Origin: Leucoraja ocellata
Lineage: Eukaryota
NCBI GenBank assembly: GCA_036785375.1
Contig: JAWMAR010000026.1
Location: 11,966,001 to 12,030,000, forward strand
Direction: 5' to 3'
DNA length: 64,000 nucleotides
Shown one piece after another: positions 62,560 to 64,000 of the stretch. Position numbers and translations under genes: made by a program. The notes beneath the pieces were generated by a model. It had not been told where the DNA came from. It worked only from the letters and a program-made list of their open reading frames with translations, and did not search any database. Position 1 is the stretch's first letter; each line of letters starts with the position of its first letter.

Positions 62560-64000
62560 CCCTGAAGGGCCGTGTTGGGGAACTGGAGAAGCAAGTGGAT
62601 GACCTCCGGTTCGTCCGAGAAACGGAGTCGTTCCTCGACAAGTCCTACAGTACGATTGTTACACCTAAGGTACTGGAAGAGAGAAGGTGGGAGACAGTGA
62701 GAAAGGGAGGGAAGCATGGAATGCCAACGTCCCCGGGTGGTGTACCACTTGTAAACAGGTTCATCCGCTTAGAAGCTGTTGGGACAGAAGACGTGAGCGG
62801 CGGACTGGCTTGCGATGTGAATAGGGCTGTTGAGCCAAAACCAAAAAGGCCTAAGGCAGGCAAGGCCATTGTAGTGGGAGACTCCATCGTGAGAGGTACG
62901 GACAGGGGTTTCTGCTGCAACAGACGGGATGTGAGGATGGTGTGCTGCCTTCCCGGTGCCAGGATCCAGGATGTCACAGACAGAGTGCAGAAAATCCTTA
63001 AGGGCGAAGGTGAACATCCGGAAGTGGTAGTGCATGTCAGCACAAACGATCTCGGAAAAAAGGGGATGAATATTCTGCAGCGTGACTTTAGAGAGCTCGG
63101 AAAAATGTTGAAAAGCAGGCCTCCAGGGTTGTTATCTCCGGTTTGCTTCCAGTTCCCCGTGCTGGCGAGAGCAGGAACAGGGAGATACGGGACCTGAACG
63201 TGTGGCTGAGGAACTGGTGCACGGGGCAGGGATTTAGATTCTTAGATCACTGGGATCTGTTTTGGGGTAAGGGGGAACTGTACAAAAGGGACGGATTGCA
63301 TCTTAACAGGTGTGGGACCAGCATTCTGGCAGGCAGGTTTGCCACTGCTACACGGGTGGCTTTAAACTGAATAAGGGGGGTGGGGTGTTGAATGGGATAG
63401 TGGAGGATGGAGTTAAAGGGAAAGGGTTTCTTAAATGTGTGAAGCGTAGAGACCGAGGGGTGTAAAATGAGGGTAGAAGAAATAGGTAGCAAGGTGGAAA
63501 GTAAAAGTGGCAGGCAGACAAAACCAGGGCAAAAATCAAAAAGGGCCACTTTTCAACATAATTGTATAAGGGGTAAGAGTGTTGTAAAAACAATCCTGAA
63601 GGCTTTGTGTCTCAATGCAAGGAGCATTCGTAATAAGGTGGATGAGTTGAATGTGCAGATAGCTATTAATGACTATGATATAGTTGGGATCACGGAGACA
63701 TGGCTCCAGGGTGACCAAGGCTGGGAGCTGAACATCCAGGGATATTCAATATTCAGGAGGGATAGACAGAAAGGAAAAGGAGGTGGGGTAGCGTTACTGA
63801 TTAGAGAGGGGATTAATGCAATGGAAAGGAAGGACATTAGTTTGGAGAATGTGGAATCAGTATGGGTAGAGCTGCGAAACACTAAGGGGCAGAAAACGCT
63901 GGTGGGTGTTGTGTACAGGCCACCTAGTAGAAGTAGTGAAGTTGGAGATGGTATCAAACAGGAAATTAGAAATGCGTGCGACAAAGGCAAAACAGTTATA
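62560..64000 (+). mobile_element. CR1 LINE 5' region: ORF1 (SGNH esterase-like) and start of ORF2 endonuclease
   Basis: VVGDSIVRG, CLPGARIQD, VVHVxTND, DGLHLN; then CLNARSIRNKVDEL..GITETWL..GVVYRPP, running off the window edge. Confidence 0.9.

Overview
Vertebrate genomic DNA. The repeat content (CR1/HER1-type LINEs with (TTTCTATG)n tails and HE1/V-SINE-like elements) suggests a cartilaginous fish such as a skate or ray; this is an inference. About two thirds of the window is transposon-derived: CR1, L2, a DIRS tyrosine-recombinase retroelement, Rex1-like and Penelope-like fragments, a Helitron and MITEs. Among the repeats is a cluster of spliced, non-rearranging immunoglobulin-superfamily receptor genes with the layout leader / VJ-type V domain / C1-set domain / TM / cytoplasmic tail. 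I reconstructed these exon by exon from splice sites and intron phases. Gene A (+, 10692-17867) and gene B (+, 32361-39526) have nearly identical ectodomains inside a recent segmental duplication (1-15588 vs 17947-37290), but their signalling ends are unrelated. A has an Arg in the TM and a short tail without a tyrosine motif (activating type). B has a neutral TM and an ITIM-bearing tail (LSYANL, AEYAEL, VAYSTV; inhibitory type). Gene C (-, 57787-51662) is a diverged paralogue with an Arg-TM and what looks like a decayed ITIM tail. A truncated pseudogene D lies upstream of C, and the window begins in the 3' end of a probable further A-type copy. The main result is a paired activating/inhibitory, antigen-receptor-like V(J)-C1 receptor family (SIRP/NKp30-like) in the act of ectodomain duplication and tail swapping.
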